A DNA stretch of 64,000 nt from an uncultured Alphaproteobacteria bacterium (GCA_963771975.1 CAVYVL010000005.1:156666-220665); one strand, 5' to 3'; shown: positions 21,372 to 32,237, counted from the stretch's first letter. Notes: a model not told the origin generated them from the sequence alone. Program-made: numbers and translations.

Positions 21372-21615
21372 GGGGAGGCGCCGGGCGAGGGGAGTTCCCC
21401 CCTCGCGCTCCCTCCGTCTCGCCGACGGGCAGCGGTACGGATCAGACGGTCGCTGCGCGCCCGGCTGTCCCGAACCCCCGCGACCAGCCTGGGCAAGCTC
21501 GGAACCGCGTCAAGGGTGAAGGCTTCGCCCGGCGCTGCGCACCGCCCTTGACCCGGTCCCGACCTCGCAACGCCGCATGTTGGGAAAGATGGAAGAGGGC
21601 TCGGGGCGTGCGGCT
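21372..21615. repeat. Structured intergenic element with several long inverted repeats
   Basis: GCGAGGGG/CCCCTCGC (21385-21406), GCAGCG/CGCTGC (21429-21456), and TCGGAACCGCGTCAAGGG (21499-21516) pairing with CCCTTGACCCGGTCCCGA (21545-21562) at 16/18. Confidence 0.6.
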
Positions 21616-21619
21616 GGGG

Positions 21620-22222
21620 TCAGCCGAAGGGGCGGCGCTGGTTGATGGCGGCGGCGAGGGTGCCCTCGTCGAGATAGTCCAGTTCACCGCCGATCGGCAC
21701 GCCGGAAGCAAGACGCGAGATCGTTACCTCCAGCGGCTCCAGGCGTTCGATGATGTAGTGGGCCGTCGTCTGCCCCTCGACGGTGGCGTTGAGGGCGAGG
21801 AGCACCTCGGTGACCCCGCCGCCCGCCACCCGCTCGACCAGACGGCCGATGCCGATGTCCTCCGGCCCCAGCCCGTCGAGCGCCGAGATCGTCCCGCCCA
21901 GCACGTGATAGCGCGCGCGCAGGACGCTGGCCCGTTCCAGCGCCCACAGGTCCGCGACGTCCTCCACCACGATCAAGGTGGTGGTATCGCGCGAGATGTC
22001 GGCGCAGACGGTGCACGGGTCGGTGGTGTCGACGTTGCCGCACACGCTGCACACGGTGACGCGCTCGCCGACCTCGGCCAACGCCGCGGCCAGCGGGTGC
22101 AGCAGCACCTCGCGCTTTTTCACCATGTGGAGCGCGGCGCGGCGGGCCGAGCGGGGGCCGAGGCCGGGCAGCTTGGCGAGCAGCGCGATCAGCCGCTCGA
22201 TTTCCGGACCGGCGACCGCCAT
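21620..22222 (-). CDS. recR: Recombination mediator RecR
   Basis: [11 protein letters not shown] (HhH), CSVCGN..T.DPCTVC zinc finger, [23 protein letters not shown] and [11 protein letters not shown]. Confidence 0.97.
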   Translation of the reverse strand: MAVAGPEIERLIALLAKLPGLGPRSARRAALHMVKKREVLLHPLAAALAEVGERVTVCSVCGNVDTTDPCTVCADISRDTTTLIVVEDVADLWALERASVLRARYHVLGGTISALDGLGPEDIGIGRLVERVAGGGVTEVLLALNATVEGQTTAHYIIERLEPLEVTISRLASGVPIGGELDYLDEGTLAAAINQRRPFG

Positions 22223-22229
22223 TTACGCA

Positions 22230-22556
22230 TCAGGCTCCGAACGGCAGCTTCATGCCGGGGGGCAGGCCGAGGTCGTCCATGAGGATCTGCGTGCGCTCCT
22301 GGGCAAGCGCCTGCACCTTGCTCTGCGCGTCGGCGATGGCGGCCATCACCAGATCCTCGACGATTTCTTTCTCGTCCGGCTTCATCAGCTCGGGGTCGAT
22401 CGTCAGCGCCGTGAGAACCATCGTCCCGTTCATCGTCGCCTTGACCGAGCCGGCACCGGATTCACCGCTCGCCTCGATTGACTTCAGCTCTTCCTGGAGC
22501 TCGCCCATGCGGCCTTGCAGCTCGCGGGCTTTCCCCATCATCTTGAACAAATCCAT
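22230..22556 (-). CDS. ybaB: YbaB/EbfC family nucleoid-associated protein
   Basis: GESGAGSVKATMNG, IDPELM and EDLVMAAIADA; position between dnaX and recR. Confidence 0.93.
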   Translation of the reverse strand: MDLFKMMGKARELQGRMGELQEELKSIEASGESGAGSVKATMNGTMVLTALTIDPELMKPDEKEIVEDLVMAAIADAQSKVQALAQERTQILMDDLGLPPGMKLPFGA

Positions 22557-22569
22557 CGCTCTCGTCCTT

Positions 22570-24229
22570 TCAGCCCTTGCCGTCCCGCGCCTGTTCGGCC
22601 GGCGCGTCCGCCTCGTCCGGGGTTTGCCGCACTTCGACGATCTCCGCGTCGGCAAAGCGCTCCAGAATGGCCTTCACCAGCGGGTCGTCCCCGGCTTCCG
22701 CCTTCAGACGGACCTGCTCGGCGGTCTTGACCTCACGGATCGTTGGCGTGGTGGCCCCCTCGCTGACCGAGACGATCCAGCGGCTGCCGGTGATCTCGGT
22801 GAGCTTCTGGCCCAGCTGGCCGGCTGCGCCGGGGTTGGCGCCATCGGTCAGCGTGACCTCGATGCGCCCCGGCGCGAAGGCCTTGAGGCGCATGTCCTGC
22901 TCGACCGCCTGCTTCAGGAGCAGCGAGTGCGAACCCATCAGCGCGGCGACATCCTCGAAGCTCTTGAGCTGCGGGCGCTCGGCCTGGGGGGCGCTGCCGG
23001 CGCGAGCGGTGGGGCCGCGGCTCGGTGTGCGCGCGCTCTGGGCCGGCGCGCTGCCGGGGGCCTGCGGCGCCTCGCCCATGGGCAAACGGTCCGGGTCCGG
23101 CAGGCTCGCCATGTAGGTGAGGCGGATGAGCACCATCTCGGCGGCCATCATCGGCTTGGGCGCGGACTGCACCTCCTGGATGCCCGTCAGCAGCGCCTGC
23201 CACATGCGCGACAGGGCCGCCATGCCGAGCCCGGCCGCGAAGGCGGTGGCCCTCTCGCGAACCTCCTGCGGGTCGCCGGGATCGGGCGAACCGTTGGTCA
23301 CCTTCAGCCGCGTCACCTGGTGGGTGAAGGCGGCGAGGTCGGACAGGATCACCGCCGGGTCGGCGCCGACCTCATACTGTGCGGCGAGCTCGGCCAGTGC
23401 CCCGGCGGCGTCGCCCTGCATGATGCGCTCGAAGAGGCCGACGATGCGCGAGCGGTCCGCGAGGCCCAGCATGTCGCGCAAGCTCTCGGCAGAGACGACA
23501 CCGCCGCCGTGGCTGATCGCCTGGTCCATCAGCGACAGCGAGTCGCGCACCGAACCCTCGGCCGCGCGGGCGATGAGGCGGAGCGCCTCGTCCTCGGCGG
23601 TGATGCCCTCGTTGGTGGCGACCTTGGCGAGGTGCAGGGTCAGCTCGTCCGCCTCGATGCGCCGGAGGTCGAACCGCTGGCAGCGTGACAGGACGGTCAC
23701 CGGGACTTTGCGGATCTCGGTGGTGGCGAAGATGAATTTGACGTGCTCGGGCGGCTCTTCCAGCGTCTTCAGGAGGCCGTTGAAGGCCGCCGTCGACAGC
23801 ATGTGCACCTCGTCGATGATGTACACCTTGTAGAGCGCGCGAGACCGGCTTGTAGCGCGCCGCGTCGGTGATCTCGCGAATGTCGGCGATGCCGGTGTGG
23901 CTGGCGGCGTCCATCTCGATGACGTCGACGTGCCGGCCTTCCATGATGGCCTTGCAGTGGTCGCCGAACTCGGTGAAGTCGACCGTGGGGTGGCGCTCGC
24001 CGTCCTTCTCGTAGTTGAGGGCGCGGGCGAGGATGCGGGCGGTGGTCGTCTTGCCGACGCCGCGCACGCCGGTCAGCATCCAGGCCTGCGGGATGCGGTC
24101 GTGGGCGAAGGCGTTCTTGAGGGTACGCACCATCGGCGCCTGGCCGATCAGCTCGCCGAAATGGTGCGGCCGGTACTTGCGCGCCAGGACCGTGTACGGC
24201 GTTGCGGACGGCGTGGTGCTGTCGGACAA
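22570..24229 (-). CDS. dnaX: DNA polymerase III subunit gamma/tau (frameshift near 23840)
   Basis: [50 protein letters not shown] and EGSVRD. TTG start after GGAG. Confidence 0.95.
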
Positions 24230-24421
24230 GATGGTCTCCGGCTGCGATGAAGGGCGCTCGGGGCGATCGTTTCGCGTTGAGCTAAACATGCACACGATGC
24301 CGGCTGCGCGCCAGCCCCGCTGCGCCCGGTACCACGCCTGCCCCCGATGGTCGATCGCGGATCGATGCAGCGGAACGCGCAGCCGTCTGGCGGCGGCCGG
24401 CAGCGTGCGAGATATGGAAGA

Positions 24422-24516
24422 AGGAGGCCGGCGAATGACCCGGACCGGATTCGTTAGGGCTGCTTCGTTCCCGACCTGACCCAGTTGGCGAGCGGCTCGT
24501 CCACCGCCGACCTCCC
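24422..24516 (-). ncRNA. ffs: Signal recognition particle RNA (4.5S, small bacterial type)
   Basis: The minus strand reads GGGAGGTCGGCGG...GGGTCAGGTCGGGAACGAAGCAGCCC...CGCCGGCCTCC, a long hairpin carrying the helix-8 TCAGG/AGCAGC motif. It lies upstream of dnaX as is typical. Confidence 0.93.
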
Positions 24517-24533
24517 ACCGCTCTATATCAGGA

Positions 24534-25190
24534 TCACGGGCCCCCTTGGCAAGACCGGATCTCGACGATCTCGCCGCCCGCGGCGGCCGCGTCCGCCGGA
24601 TCGTGGCTGACCAGGACGACAGGAAGCCCGTCCTGGCGCGCCAGATCGAAGACGATGGCCCGCACCTGGGCCCGCAGTGCCGGATCGAGCGCGGAAAACG
24701 GCTCGTCGAGCAGGAGGGTGCGCGGCGCGGAGGCGAGCGTCCGCGCCAGGGCCACGCGGCTCTTCTGGCCGCCGGAGAGCGTATCCGGGTCCCGCGCCGC
24801 CGCATGCGCCATCTCGACACGGTCGAGGTGGGCCATCGCCCGCGCGCGGCGGTCCGCGCGGGAGAGGCGCACGCCCTCGTCCCGCCGCGGCACCGCGAAG
24901 AGGACGTTCTGCAGCACCGACATGTGCGGGTAGAGCAGCGCGTCCTGAAACATTAGTCCCATACGGCGCCGCTCGGGCGGGAGCCGCGTCAGGTCCGCCC
25001 CGTCGCGCCGGACCGAACCGGCGACCGCGAAGGGGGGCTCCAGGAGGCCCGCAATCGCCATCAGCAGCGACGACTTGCCGACGCCCGACGGGCCGATCAC
25101 CGAGAGCACCGCGCCCGATTCCACGCGCGCCGAAAGGCTCGCCATCGCCGTGCCGCGCAGCGAGACCGTGAGGTCGACGGTGAGGCTCAT
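24534..25190 (-). CDS. ABC transporter ATP-binding protein (YnjD/ThiQ-like)
   Basis: GPSGVGKS, FQDALLYPHMSV, LSGGQKSRV, LLDEPFSALD and VSHD. Confidence 0.92.
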   Translation of the reverse strand: MSLTVDLTVSLRGTAMASLSARVESGAVLSVIGPSGVGKSSLLMAIAGLLEPPFAVAGSVRRDGADLTRLPPERRRMGLMFQDALLYPHMSVLQNVLFAVPRRDEGVRLSRADRRARAMAHLDRVEMAHAAARDPDTLSGGQKSRVALARTLASAPRTLLLDEPFSALDPALRAQVRAIVFDLARQDGLPVVLVSHDPADAAAAGGEIVEIRSCQGGP

Positions 25191-26851
25191 GCCCGCCCCT
25201 GCATGGCGCGGCGGTGACGGAAGACCAGCGCCGGCCCGCCCCGCGCCAACGCGAAGGCGATGAACGGCAGCGCCAGTTGCATGAGGGCGAGCATGGCCAC
25301 CAGGCGGCGGTCTCCGCCGGTGGCGGCGGCGACGGCTTCGGTGGTGATGGTGGCGACACGCCCGGCGCCGACGATCCGCGTCGGCACGTAGAGGGCCACG
25401 CTGACCGCGATGCCGAGCGCCGCCGCGACGCAGAGCGGGCGCGTCAGCAGCGCCAGCCGCACCATGACGAAGCGCCGCCACCACGAAAGGCCGAAGCTCT
25501 TGGCCGCCATCTCGTAGCGCGGGTCGAGCGCGCGCCAGGGGCCGGACAGCGCGATCAGCGCATAGGGCAGCGTGAAGAGCACGTGGGTGAGCGTCACCAG
25601 GACGGGGCCCGCGGTGGCGCCGGAAGCGATGACGAGCGTCGACAGGCCGAACAGGAACGCCACCTGCGGCACGATCAGCGGCAGGTAGATCACCGCGCCG
25701 ACCGTGACGCCGCTCGCCAGCAGCGTGACGGCGAGCGGCAGCGAGATGGCCGTGGCGCCGACCGCGATGGCGAGGGTGGTGGCGAGGGTGCCAAGCTGGC
25801 CGCCGAACCGGTCCTGCCACGAGGCGGCGCTGATCTGGGTGGGAACGACATCGGGGAACGGCCAGTAGCCGGCGACCGACTGCACCGCAAGGCCGGCGAT
25901 CGCCAGTGCCATCGTGCCCGCAAGCGCGGTGGCGAAGCCCATGGCGGCATAGCGCCCGGCACGGTCGCGCCGCGCCCGCCAGCCGCCGTCACGCAACCGG
26001 GCGAGGGCTCCGCCGGCGATCCGCTCCAGCGCGATCCAGACCATGACCAGCCCCACCATCAGCGCCAGCAGGAGGACCGCGCCGGCGCTGCCGACGAGCC
26101 AGGCGCTGACGTCCGTCGCCGTCAGCTCGCCGAGGATGCGCACGCTGAGCGGCGCGGGCCGCGTGGGGCCCAGGATCAGCGCCATGTCCACCACCGCCAC
26201 GGAGAAGGCGAGGACCGCGAGAACCGGCAGCTTGATCTGCCGGTAGACCAGCGGCCACACCCCGTGGAGGAAGGCGGCCATCCGCCCGTAGCCGAGCGCC
26301 CGGGCGATCGCCACTCGCTGGCGCGCCTCGATCTGCCCGAGCGCGGCGAGCGCCATCAGCACCAGGAACGGCGTTTCCTTCAGGACCAGCGCGGCGGTGA
26401 GCGCGAGGCCCCAGGGATCTTTGACGAGGGCGATGTCGGGCGGGACGGACAGCCCCGTCGCCCAGGGCGACAGCAGCCGCAGCACGAGCCCGGACGGCGC
26501 GAAGAGCAGCGTGAAGCCGAGCGCGGCGGCAGCATGCGGCACCGAGAGCAGCGGTGCGAGGAGGCGGTCCGCCACCGCCATCGCCCGCGTGCCGAAGGTG
26601 GCGGCGAGGATCAGCGCCGTCGCCGTCAACGAGAGGGCCGTCGCCACGAGCGCCGTCCCCGCCGACAGCGCTGCCGAGTGGCCGATCCCCGGCCGCGTCG
26701 CGAGGGCGGCGAACGCGTCCAGGTTCGGCCGGTCGGCGCCGATCGGCGGAAAGTAGCCGAACGCCGGGACGATCACCCCGAGCAGGCCGGCGCCCACCGG
26801 CACGGCGATGACGAGCTTGACGGCAACACCTGCCGCGGTCCCGCCCCTCAC
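25187..26851 (-). CDS. ABC transporter permease (YnjC-like, putative thiamine transport)
   Basis: Two permease repeats: PAFGYFP, LLSVPHAA, APSG, KETPF and PQVAFLFG. Start uncertain. Confidence 0.85.
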   Translation of the reverse strand: MRGGTAAGVAVKLVIAVPVGAGLLGVIVPAFGYFPPIGADRPNLDAFAALATRPGIGHSAALSAGTALVATALSLTATALILAATFGTRAMAVADRLLAPLLSVPHAAAALGFTLLFAPSGLVLRLLSPWATGLSVPPDIALVKDPWGLALTAALVLKETPFLVLMALAALGQIEARQRVAIARALGYGRMAAFLHGVWPLVYRQIKLPVLAVLAFSVAVVDMALILGPTRPAPLSVRILGELTATDVSAWLVGSAGAVLLLALMVGLVMVWIALERIAGGALARLRDGGWRARRDRAGRYAAMGFATALAGTMALAIAGLAVQSVAGYWPFPDVVPTQISAASWQDRFGGQLGTLATTLAIAVGATAISLPLAVTLLASGVTVGAVIYLPLIVPQVAFLFGLSTLVIASGATAGPVLVTLTHVLFTLPYALIALSGPWRALDPRYEMAAKSFGLSWWRRFVMVRLALLTRPLCVAAALGIAVSVALYVPTRIVGAGRVATITTEAVAAATGGDRRLVAMLALMQLALPFIAFALARGGPALVFRHRRAMQGRA

Positions 26852-27244
26852 GCCGGCTGCGGCCGAAACGGGCGCGTCGTGTCATCCGGTGACGGCGTGT
26901 CGGGGTTGGCGCCGCTCGATCGCATCCGACCTCCGGGCAAGACGTCGCAACTGGCAGGGGCGAGGCGACCGAAGGGGGCGCCGGGGGACCTTGCCGCCGC
27001 TGCGCCCTGTCCATGCCGCTCGAGGCGTCTCATCTCGTCCCGCCTCCGCTGTGTGCCGCCGGTCCGCCGTGCCGAGCGCGACGGCGACCGTAAATCGGGC
27101 AGCCGCGACTGGAAATCAATTGGTTGCGACCGAGCGGCTCACCGTCGGAGCGCCCGCGCCGCCAGGCCGAGCACGCTTGCGGCGGGGGTGCGGCGTTGCG
27201 CGCCGGGCATCGCCGGGCGAGGCAGCCGGCGTTATAATGGCCGC

Positions 27245-27721
27245 ATGTCGCTTGTCGAAGCCGAACCCTTTCATGCGGTTCTCTTCCCGCACCGGTCCCT
27301 GTCCCGCCGCGGCTTTCGCGTCTTGATGGCTCTGGTGGCGGGCACGATGGGAGTTGCCGCGCTGCGCACCCTGGCGATCGGCGCCTGGCCGGTCGCGGTG
27401 TTCGCGGTGGCCGATATCGCGCTCGTGTGGGGCGCCTTCCGCCTGTCCTACCGGTCCGGACGCCAGTTCGAGGAAGTCACCGTCACGCCGAGCGAGGTCC
27501 TCATCCGCAAGGTATCTCCGGCGGGCCGCGTGCGCGAGCATCGGTTCCAGACCGCCTGGGCCCGCCTCGCGGTGGTGCGGCGCGACGAGGGGGTGGTCAC
27601 CCTCAAGATCGGCTCCCACGGCAAGGCCATCGTCCTCGGCGCCTTCCTCAGCCCCGATGACCGCACCTCCTTCGCCGACGCCCTGGCCGACGCGCTGGTG
27701 CGCAGCCGCAGCCCAGCGTAG
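27245..27721 (+). CDS. DUF2244 family membrane protein
   Basis: LFPHRSLSRRGF, GAWPV, AFRLSYR and GAFLSPDDR..FA.AL..AL. Confidence 0.9.
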   Translation: MSLVEAEPFHAVLFPHRSLSRRGFRVLMALVAGTMGVAALRTLAIGAWPVAVFAVADIALVWGAFRLSYRSGRQFEEVTVTPSEVLIRKVSPAGRVREHRFQTAWARLAVVRRDEGVVTLKIGSHGKAIVLGAFLSPDDRTSFADALADALVRSRSPA

Positions 27722-27818
27722 CGGCGGCCCAGGGCGTTCGGCAAAGTGGGACTGCTGTTCCGCCGGAAATGCGCTGGCACAGAAGCCGGGCGATGCGCGT
27801 ACGGCCGTCGGATCGGCC

Positions 27819-28871
27819 CTAGTCGGGGTCCTCGAGCCCGAGGCGGCTGGGCGCGCTCACGTGCTCGTCCGGGGTGATGGGGGTGACGGCAAAGCCCGCC
27901 TCGCGCAGGAGGGCGACGAGGCCGTCCTCGCCCGGCAGATGCAGCGCGCCGACGGCGACCACCTTGCCGCCTTCGCGCAGGCCGGGCAGCATGCGCGAGA
28001 GCATCGTCCTGTTGCGGCGCGACACCATCTGCGACCAGAAGAGGTCGGCGATGCGCGCGGCCTCCTCCTCGCCAACCAGCGCGGTCATCTGCGCCGTGCC
28101 GAGCGTCCAGATCGCGCCGATGTGGCGGGTGCGGTAGAGGGCGATGTTGGTGAACCAATTGTGGCGGTCGTCCGGCCCCAGGGACAGCGTCATGCGCAGG
28201 ATCTGGTCCATGGCGGCGGGGTCGCCGTCCATCGCCGCGATCTGCTCCTCCACGGTCTCCAGGCCCGACACCTCGACGCCGGCCTCCACGGCGACACGCT
28301 CCAGCTCCCGGTCGAGCCCGAGGCCGGCGTTCTGCGCGAGCGCGCACGGAGGCAGGCTGAGCCGGCTGATGAGGATCAGCGGGCGCATCGCCTCGGCCAC
28401 CACCATCGGGATGCCGTAGCGCGCCAGCACGTCCTCGGCGTGGGCCCGCTCGTCCGGGCTCATCAGATCGGCGAAGCTCTCGTCACCACTGCGGAAGATG
28501 TTGCGCGGCTGTGAGCTCCAGCGGGCGTATTCCGCCTCCATCGTGGTGCTTTCCAGCTCCAGGTAGAGGCCGGAGGCACCGGACACGAGCGCCGTGAGCT
28601 GCGGGCCGGGCTGGGCGATGCCGCCCGCCGCGACGTGGAACGTGCCGACGAGGGTGGAGGGCGGGTCGGTCTCGATCCGCCACAGGCGGCCCTCGGCGTT
28701 GGGCATCGTCGCCCTCGCCTCGGCGATCGCCGAGGCGGCAGCGGGCTCGGCGATCAGGGCGGCGTCCGGCGCGGGGGGCGGGCCGCAGTCGGCCGCGGCC
28801 TCGGCGGCCGTCCCCCCGAGCGCCGCCACCGCGCAGGCGGCGGCGACGATCCATCGCGCACCTCTGTTCAA
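27819..28871 (-). CDS. TraB/GumN (TIKI-like) family secreted protein
   Basis: LWRIE...STLVGTFH, GLETVEEQ, RRNRTM and AVGALHLPGEDGLVALLR..GF. Start uncertain. Confidence 0.87.
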   Translation of the reverse strand: MNRGARWIVAAACAVAALGGTAAEAAADCGPPPAPDAALIAEPAAASAIAEARATMPNAEGRLWRIETDPPSTLVGTFHVAAGGIAQPGPQLTALVSGASGLYLELESTTMEAEYARWSSQPRNIFRSGDESFADLMSPDERAHAEDVLARYGIPMVVAEAMRPLILISRLSLPPCALAQNAGLGLDRELERVAVEAGVEVSGLETVEEQIAAMDGDPAAMDQILRMTLSLGPDDRHNWFTNIALYRTRHIGAIWTLGTAQMTALVGEEEAARIADLFWSQMVSRRNRTMLSRMLPGLREGGKVVAVGALHLPGEDGLVALLREAGFAVTPITPDEHVSAPSRLGLEDPD

Positions 28872-28908
28872 CGCACCGACGTCCCTGTTTCGCGCTCCGT
28901 GGCGCCGA

Positions 28909-29907
28909 TCAGAACGTGAAGCCCGCGTCCTTGGCAAGGTCGGCCAGGGACGTTTGCGGGCGGGCGCCGAAGTGCGAGATCACTTCGGCCGCCGCGATCG
29001 CGCCGAGCCGCGCGCAATCGGCCGGCGCGAGGCCGCGGGCATGCCCGAGCATGAAGCCGCCGGCGAAGAGGTCGCCCGCGCCGGTGAGATCGACCACCTT
29101 CACCGGCTGGGCCGGCACGTCCTCGGCCTTGCCGCCGGTGATGACGCGCGCGCCCTTCTCGCTCATCGTGACGACGGCGGTGGGCACCAGCTCGCCCAGC
29201 TTGGCGGCCGCGGCGTCGAGGTCGTCGGTCTCGAACAGCGACTTCACCTCCGCCGCGTTGGCGAAGCAGAGGCCGATGTTGCCGCTCTTCAGCAGCGTCA
29301 TGAAGTCTTCGCGGTGCCGCTCGACGCAGAACGAGTCCGACAGCGTGAGCGCGGCGATGCGGCCGGCGTCGGTGGCACGCTTGGCGGCGAGGCGGAATGC
29401 GGCCATCGCGGCGGGCGGGTCGAAGAGGTAGCCCTCGAGGAAGGTGATCGCCGCATCCTCGACGAGCCCTTTGGTGATGTCGGCCTCCGTCAGTTCCTGG
29501 CTGGCGCCAAGGAAGGTGTTCATCGTGCGCTCGCCGTCCGGCGTCACCAGGATGGTCGATGTCGCCGTCGGCGCGCCGCCCAGCAGCGGCGGCGTGGTGA
29601 AGGCGACGCCGGCGTGGTGCATGTCGTGGACGTACGCTTCGCCGTTCGCATCGTCCGCCACCTTGCCGATGAAGGCCGCGCGCCCGCCGAGCGAGGCGAT
29701 GCCCGCCACCGTGTTGCCGGCCGAACCGCCGGACACGCGCACCGAGTCGGTCAGCACGGCGTCCACGGCGCGGGCTTCGTCCGCGTCGACGAGGCGCATG
29801 GAGCCCTTGGCAACGCCGAGTTTGTCCAGTGCGTCGTCGTGGACGTGGCCCAGAATATCGAAGATGGCGTTCCCGATGCCGAGAACGTCGAAGCGTGCGT
29901 CAGTCAT
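28909..29907 (-). CDS. Adenosine kinase (PfkB family carbohydrate kinase)
   Basis: GIGNAIFD, SGGSAGNT, TPDGERTMNTFLGA, LEGYL and DLTGAGDLFAGG. Confidence 0.92.
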   Translation of the reverse strand: MTDARFDVLGIGNAIFDILGHVHDDALDKLGVAKGSMRLVDADEARAVDAVLTDSVRVSGGSAGNTVAGIASLGGRAAFIGKVADDANGEAYVHDMHHAGVAFTTPPLLGGAPTATSTILVTPDGERTMNTFLGASQELTEADITKGLVEDAAITFLEGYLFDPPAAMAAFRLAAKRATDAGRIAALTLSDSFCVERHREDFMTLLKSGNIGLCFANAAEVKSLFETDDLDAAAAKLGELVPTAVVTMSEKGARVITGGKAEDVPAQPVKVVDLTGAGDLFAGGFMLGHARGLAPADCARLGAIAAAEVISHFGARPQTSLADLAKDAGFTF

Positions 29908-29975
29908 TCATGTCTCCCAATGGCGGACATGGCACACCATGGCGGGCCGGTCCGGTCAACCTCGGCTCAATTGGG

Positions 29976-31248
29976 TCAGCGCGGGCGAATGCCCAGCGCC
30001 ATGGCCCGCGCGTATCGCGGCGGGGTGCGCTCGGCCGGGTCCGGGGCGTTCACCGTGCCGGCCACGATGCGGGCTGCGATACGCCTCGGCCGCCGCCCTG
30101 GTGCCCGCGCGCGAGTAGATCGTGCCGCGGACCTGTACGCTGGCTGCGAGCGCCCGGCGGAACGCCTCGAACAGCGCCGCGTCGGGCGCCTGGGGTGCGG
30201 TCCAGAAGGCGTCCAGCGGCTGCTGCGCGGTGAGGCCCGGCACGTCGTAGATGGCGGGCGAGAGGGCAATGGTGGGGATGCCCGCCGCCAGCCCGTCGAG
30301 CCCGGCGGAGGAGTTGATGGTGACGAGCCCGGCCGCGTCGCGTGTCCATGCCGACATGGCGAGGCCGTCGACGAAATCCACGCGGTCCGCGATGCCGGCG
30401 GCGGCGGCCAGCTGCGGCACGCGCGCCGCCCAGTCGACGGGGCCGAGGTCGCCGGGGTGCTTCTTCAGGACCAGGCGCGTGCCGGCGGGGGCGTGGGCCG
30501 CGAATGACGCGAACACCTCGCCGAGCGCCTCGCTGGTGTCCGCGTATTGCGAGTTGGTGCGGATCTGGAAATCGGTATCCGTCTGCATCGCGAAGAGGAA
30601 GAAGGGCGCCTCAAGGCGGTCCCGCACGGCCTGCGCGGCGGCGGTGCGGCGGGCGAGCCGGCTCTCGCGCCACAGGAAGCGCGCGTAGGCGACGAACGGA
30701 TGGTAGAGGCCATGCTGGCGATAGTGCGGGTAGGCGAACCAGAGGAAGACGTTAGAGAGGTTCGTCTTCATGTCGTCGACGGTCTCCAGACCCGCCTCGC
30801 GGGGGAAGCGCACGGCGGTGTCCACCGGCGGCGCCTCTGCGGCGAGGGCGCGGATGGTGTCCGGGTCGGTGGGGAACAGGCTGTCGACGGAATTGCCGTA
30901 CTTCTCCAGCGTCATCCAGTCGGGACGCAGGTAGCCGAGCTCGGTGACGATGACGGCGATGCCGCGCTTGCGGGCCTCGGCGGCGGCCTCGTGGTGGTAG
31001 GGGCGCTGCTCGGAGTGCATCAGCACGGCGGTGACGCCGTGACGCTCCATGAAGGCGGCGACGAAGGCCGGCCAGTCGGCCAGCCGGCCGCGATAGGCGG
31101 TCGCCGGGGCGAGGCCCCAGGCCGCCCGGTCGCCGGCGCACAGGTTTATGCGGTGGACCGTGGCGCCCGCGTCGGCAAGATGGCGGGCGATCTGGCGGTA
31201 GAGCGGTGAGAGCGGCCCCTGTAGCAGGAGGACCGTGGGTCCTGTCAG
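29976..31248 (-). CDS. Capsule polysaccharide biosynthesis protein, KpsS-like (CTG start; frameshift near 30082)
   Basis: VLLLQGP, INLC.GD, ELGYLRPDWMTLE..G, Q...DFQIR.NS, KKHPGD and TINSSAG. The frame is open upstream of ATG 31050 to a CTG that overlaps the grpE stop. Confidence 0.85.
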
Positions 31249-31904
31249 GCCGCGTCTCCGGTCGCTTCGGCGTTGCCTGCGCCGTCCTCGGCCTTCGGCT
31301 GGCCGGGCTTGGGCCCGCCCTTCGACACGCCGACCATCGCCGGCCGCAGCACGCGGTCGCCGATCATGGAGCCGACCTGCACCGTCTGCACGACGGTCCC
31401 CGACGCGATCTCGGTGTTCTCCACCTCGAACATCGCCTGATGCAGGTTGGGGTCGAACTTCTGCCCGGTCGGATCGACGGGCTTGATGCCGTGCCGCTCG
31501 AAAACGGACTTCAGCTCGCGCTCGGTCATCTGGATGCCCTCGACGACGCTCTTCACCTCGGGCGGCAGAGAGTCGAGATCGGCGTCCTTGAGCGTGTCCA
31601 TCGCGCGGGCGAAGTTGTCGGCCACGTTCAGGAGGTCGCGGGCGAAGCTCGTCACCGCATACTGCCGCGCGTCCGATACGTCACGCTGGGCGCGGCGGCG
31701 CACGTTCTCCGCCTCGGCGACGGCGCGCAGCATCTGGTTGCGCATCTCGTCCGCCTCGGCACGCGCCTCGGCGAGGGCGGTTGCGTCGCTCGCCGCGGGA
31801 GCCGGCTCGGCGGATTCCGCCGCCTCGCCTGCGCCCATGATTTCGGCAGCGTCGGGCACGAGGGTATCGCCCTCGTGCTGGTTCTTGTTCGTCTCGTCAG
31901 ACAT
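31245..31904 (-). CDS. grpE: Nucleotide exchange factor GrpE
   Basis: LRAVAEAENVRRR, FARDLLNVADNF.RA, KFDPNLHQAM and RVLRPAMVGVSK. Confidence 0.96.
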   Translation of the reverse strand: MSDETNKNQHEGDTLVPDAAEIMGAGEAAESAEPAPAASDATALAEARAEADEMRNQMLRAVAEAENVRRRAQRDVSDARQYAVTSFARDLLNVADNFARAMDTLKDADLDSLPPEVKSVVEGIQMTERELKSVFERHGIKPVDPTGQKFDPNLHQAMFEVENTEIASGTVVQTVQVGSMIGDRVLRPAMVGVSKGGPKPGQPKAEDGAGNAEATGDAA

Positions 31905-31913
31905 TGACGGTCC

Positions 31914-32237
31914 TTAGATCGAGGACTTGATCCAATCAACGAGCTTGCCCTTCGGTGCAGCACCCACCTGGGTGGCTGCGGGCTCGCCGTTCTTGAACAT
32001 GATCAGGGTCGGGATCGAGCGGATGCCGTACTTCATGACGGTGTCCTGGTTCTCGTCCACATTCATCTTCGCGATACGCACTTTGCCGTTCATCTCGGCG
32101 GCGATCTCTTCGAGCGCCGGGGAGATCATTTTGCACGGACCGCACCACTCGGCCCAGAAATCGACGACGACGGGTTCTTCGGCCTTGATGACATCGCTGT
32201 CGAAGGTCGCGTCCGTGACCGCTGTGGAGGAGGACAT
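31914..32237 (-). CDS. trxA: Thioredoxin
   Basis: [13 protein letters not shown] and IRSIPTL. Confidence 0.97.
   Translation of the reverse strand: MSSSTAVTDATFDSDVIKAEEPVVVDFWAEWCGPCKMISPALEEIAAEMNGKVRIAKMNVDENQDTVMKYGIRSIPTLIMFKNGEPAATQVGAAPKGKLVDWIKSSI

Noticed and set aside
23825-23850. dnaX frameshift as the programmed tau/gamma frameshift
   Set aside because: It lies inside the AAA+ domain before Walker B and has no A6G slippery site. The programmed E. coli event occurs much further downstream.
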